From contig NC_058368.1 in the NCBI RefSeq assembly GCF_018350175.1, forward strand, positions 228,224,001 to 228,288,000: a stretch of 64,000 nt of DNA, written 5' to 3'. The first letter of the stretch is position 1, and each line of letters starts with the position of its first letter. Shown one piece after another: positions 62,455-64,000 of this stretch. The notes under the pieces are model-generated. The model had not been told where the DNA came from. It made no database searches and saw only the letters and a program-made list of their open reading frames with translations. A program made the translations under genes and the position numbers. The stretch is from Felis catus (Eukaryota).

Positions 62455-62740
62455 ATTTGTTCATTTGCTCATTCGTTTGTTCATTTGTTTATTCCTTCAT
62501 TCAACAGTTTCTGAGCATCCTTTAGGCTCAGGTGAACTGCGTTCAGTGCTGAAGGTGTAAACCTGATCGAGACACAACATCCACCTTTAAGGCACTCCTA
62601 GACTAGAGGGGGAGACGGCCAGAAAGGGAAATAATTGTAATAAATATGGGAGGTCCCAAAATAGATGCATATTTTGAACATTATGAGAGAGCTATTGATT
62701 TTGTCTGGGGAGTTCACTAAAGAGTCATTTGCACTTAGAT
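62455..62740 (-). mobile_element. L2 3' remnant
   Basis: (TTCA)n-like tail ttcattcaacagtttctgagcatcc...cagtgctgaagg... Confidence 0.6.
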
Positions 62741-63699
62741 ATTGAAGGATCAATAGTGATTTTAGGAGGAAATAGGGATTTGAAGATGTATTCATCTGCT
62801 TATTCTGCTTATTGAAACTATGTTGGGAGAATGACAGACAATTGTTCTGTAGGGCTATTCACCTAACTTCTAATTGCCCCACACAGGAAGGAAGACATCT
62901 CCAATTTTCTGTAGCTTACTCCTCTCCTCCACCTCCCCCCCCCCCCAGCCTACACAGAACACACTTTTTAAAATGCATATGTTTAAGAAAGAATGTGACC
63001 TTTGGGGTTTTCTAGAACTGAGTGTGAATTTTCCTGATCCTTTCTAGATGTAGGATGTAGAGAAGTCATTCAACCTCTTTGAGCTTCAATTTTCATCAGT
63101 CAATTTGGAAATTATGTATATCTCATTAGGTATTGGGCAGTATGTGGTCATGATTAGGTGAGCCTCAAAAAACTGGGAAACAAGGTGATAACACTGTTCT
63201 TGGATAGTTGTGAAATTAATATATAACATTTTGGAGCAGCATCCCATTTAAAAACCAAAGCAGGGGTTTTCGAGAGGGAGTAGTCCCACTGAGGAAACAT
63301 TTCAGAATTATATGGTGGTAGTGGTGGTGAATGTTTTTTTTTTTTTTGTGGTGGTGAAAATTTTTGAGTGATGGAAAGAATGTGTCCATTGGTAAGGGGG
63401 GTGGTCAGTCATGGATTCATAAAAAAAAAATGGGAGTCATTGGATCAAAGATTAGCCTAAGACCTATTCAGGAGAAGTGTTCGCTGTATTCAGATGAAAA
63501 TCTAGTCTGCTTTACAGTGACATTTGCTACAGTGAATTAATATGTTCTTGTTATTATGTTCATCACTTCTGAGTGAGAAGACCCAGGCTGATGAGCAGTG
63601 GAGCACTGACCCAATCACATTTCAGAACTATCAAGATGGAAGGCAAGGAAGCCACAACATGGGTAATTCACCCAGGCAGGTGCCACATGTTGGTTTCTG

Positions 63700-63940
63700 C
63701 CTGGACAATTATGCAGTCTCCCCATGTCACCTGCAATTTGCACCTGCTTACTCTGACATCTCCACTGGGATGTCAAATAGACATATCAAATAAAAACATG
63801 TCTGAAAGCAAACTCTTGATTCTCCGCTCCCATGCCGAACCTTCAACCCTATCTTGCCTATTTTAGTAAATGGAAGCTTAATTCTGCCAGTTGCTTGGAC
63901 AAAAAGGCTGAAGTCATCCAGGCCTCCTCTTTTTCTCTGA
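63700..63940 (+). mobile_element. L2 remnant
   Basis: tgacatctccactgggatgtcaaatagacatatcaaa...aaactcttgatt...gtaaatgg...ccagttgctt...agtcatcc. Confidence 0.72.
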
Positions 63941-64000
63941 CAGTTTCTGGGGGTCATATCCTAAGGTGGCCCCCGTGATTTTTGCACCCCTAGTGTGCAT

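Noticed and set aside
1..64000. CRISPR arrays, rRNA, operon-like or prokaryotic systems
   Set aside because: Mammalian intron and intergenic DNA; no regularly spaced repeat-spacer array or rRNA motif seen.

Overview
Mammalian, felid-type DNA: dense in tRNA-derived carnivore CAN-SINEs, including young cat-family variants, and carnivore L1 3' ends. Positions ~1-32,100 hold the 3' end of the axonemal outer-arm dynein heavy chain gene DNAH5 on the + strand. Eleven coding exons (3403-31226) all have AG/GT boundaries and consistent phases. They splice into one open frame covering the AAA6 module, lid and C-terminal domain and end ...GVALLCDVK*, followed by a 3' UTR. From my recall of the 79-exon human gene these are exons 69-79. 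The remaining ~32 kb is intergenic and repeat-rich (SINEs, L1, L2, MIR, MaLR/ERV LTRs, hAT DNA transposons, microsatellites), with no further gene I can support. The most unusual unexplained structure is a ~210-bp inverted repeat (43939-44147 / 45615-45826) that I cannot assign to a known transposon. It has a ~96%-identical core, degraded edges and a 1.47-kb spacer, suggesting an invertible or gene-converting cassette. Other observations: a chimeric triplicated L1 3' end, four SINE-in-SINE nests with intact target-site duplications (TSDs), a triple target site next to a splice donor, a TSD-only scar, and possible re-splicing sites in DNAH5. Repeat subfamily names come from recalled consensus motifs, and repeat boundaries are approximate unless a TSD is given.
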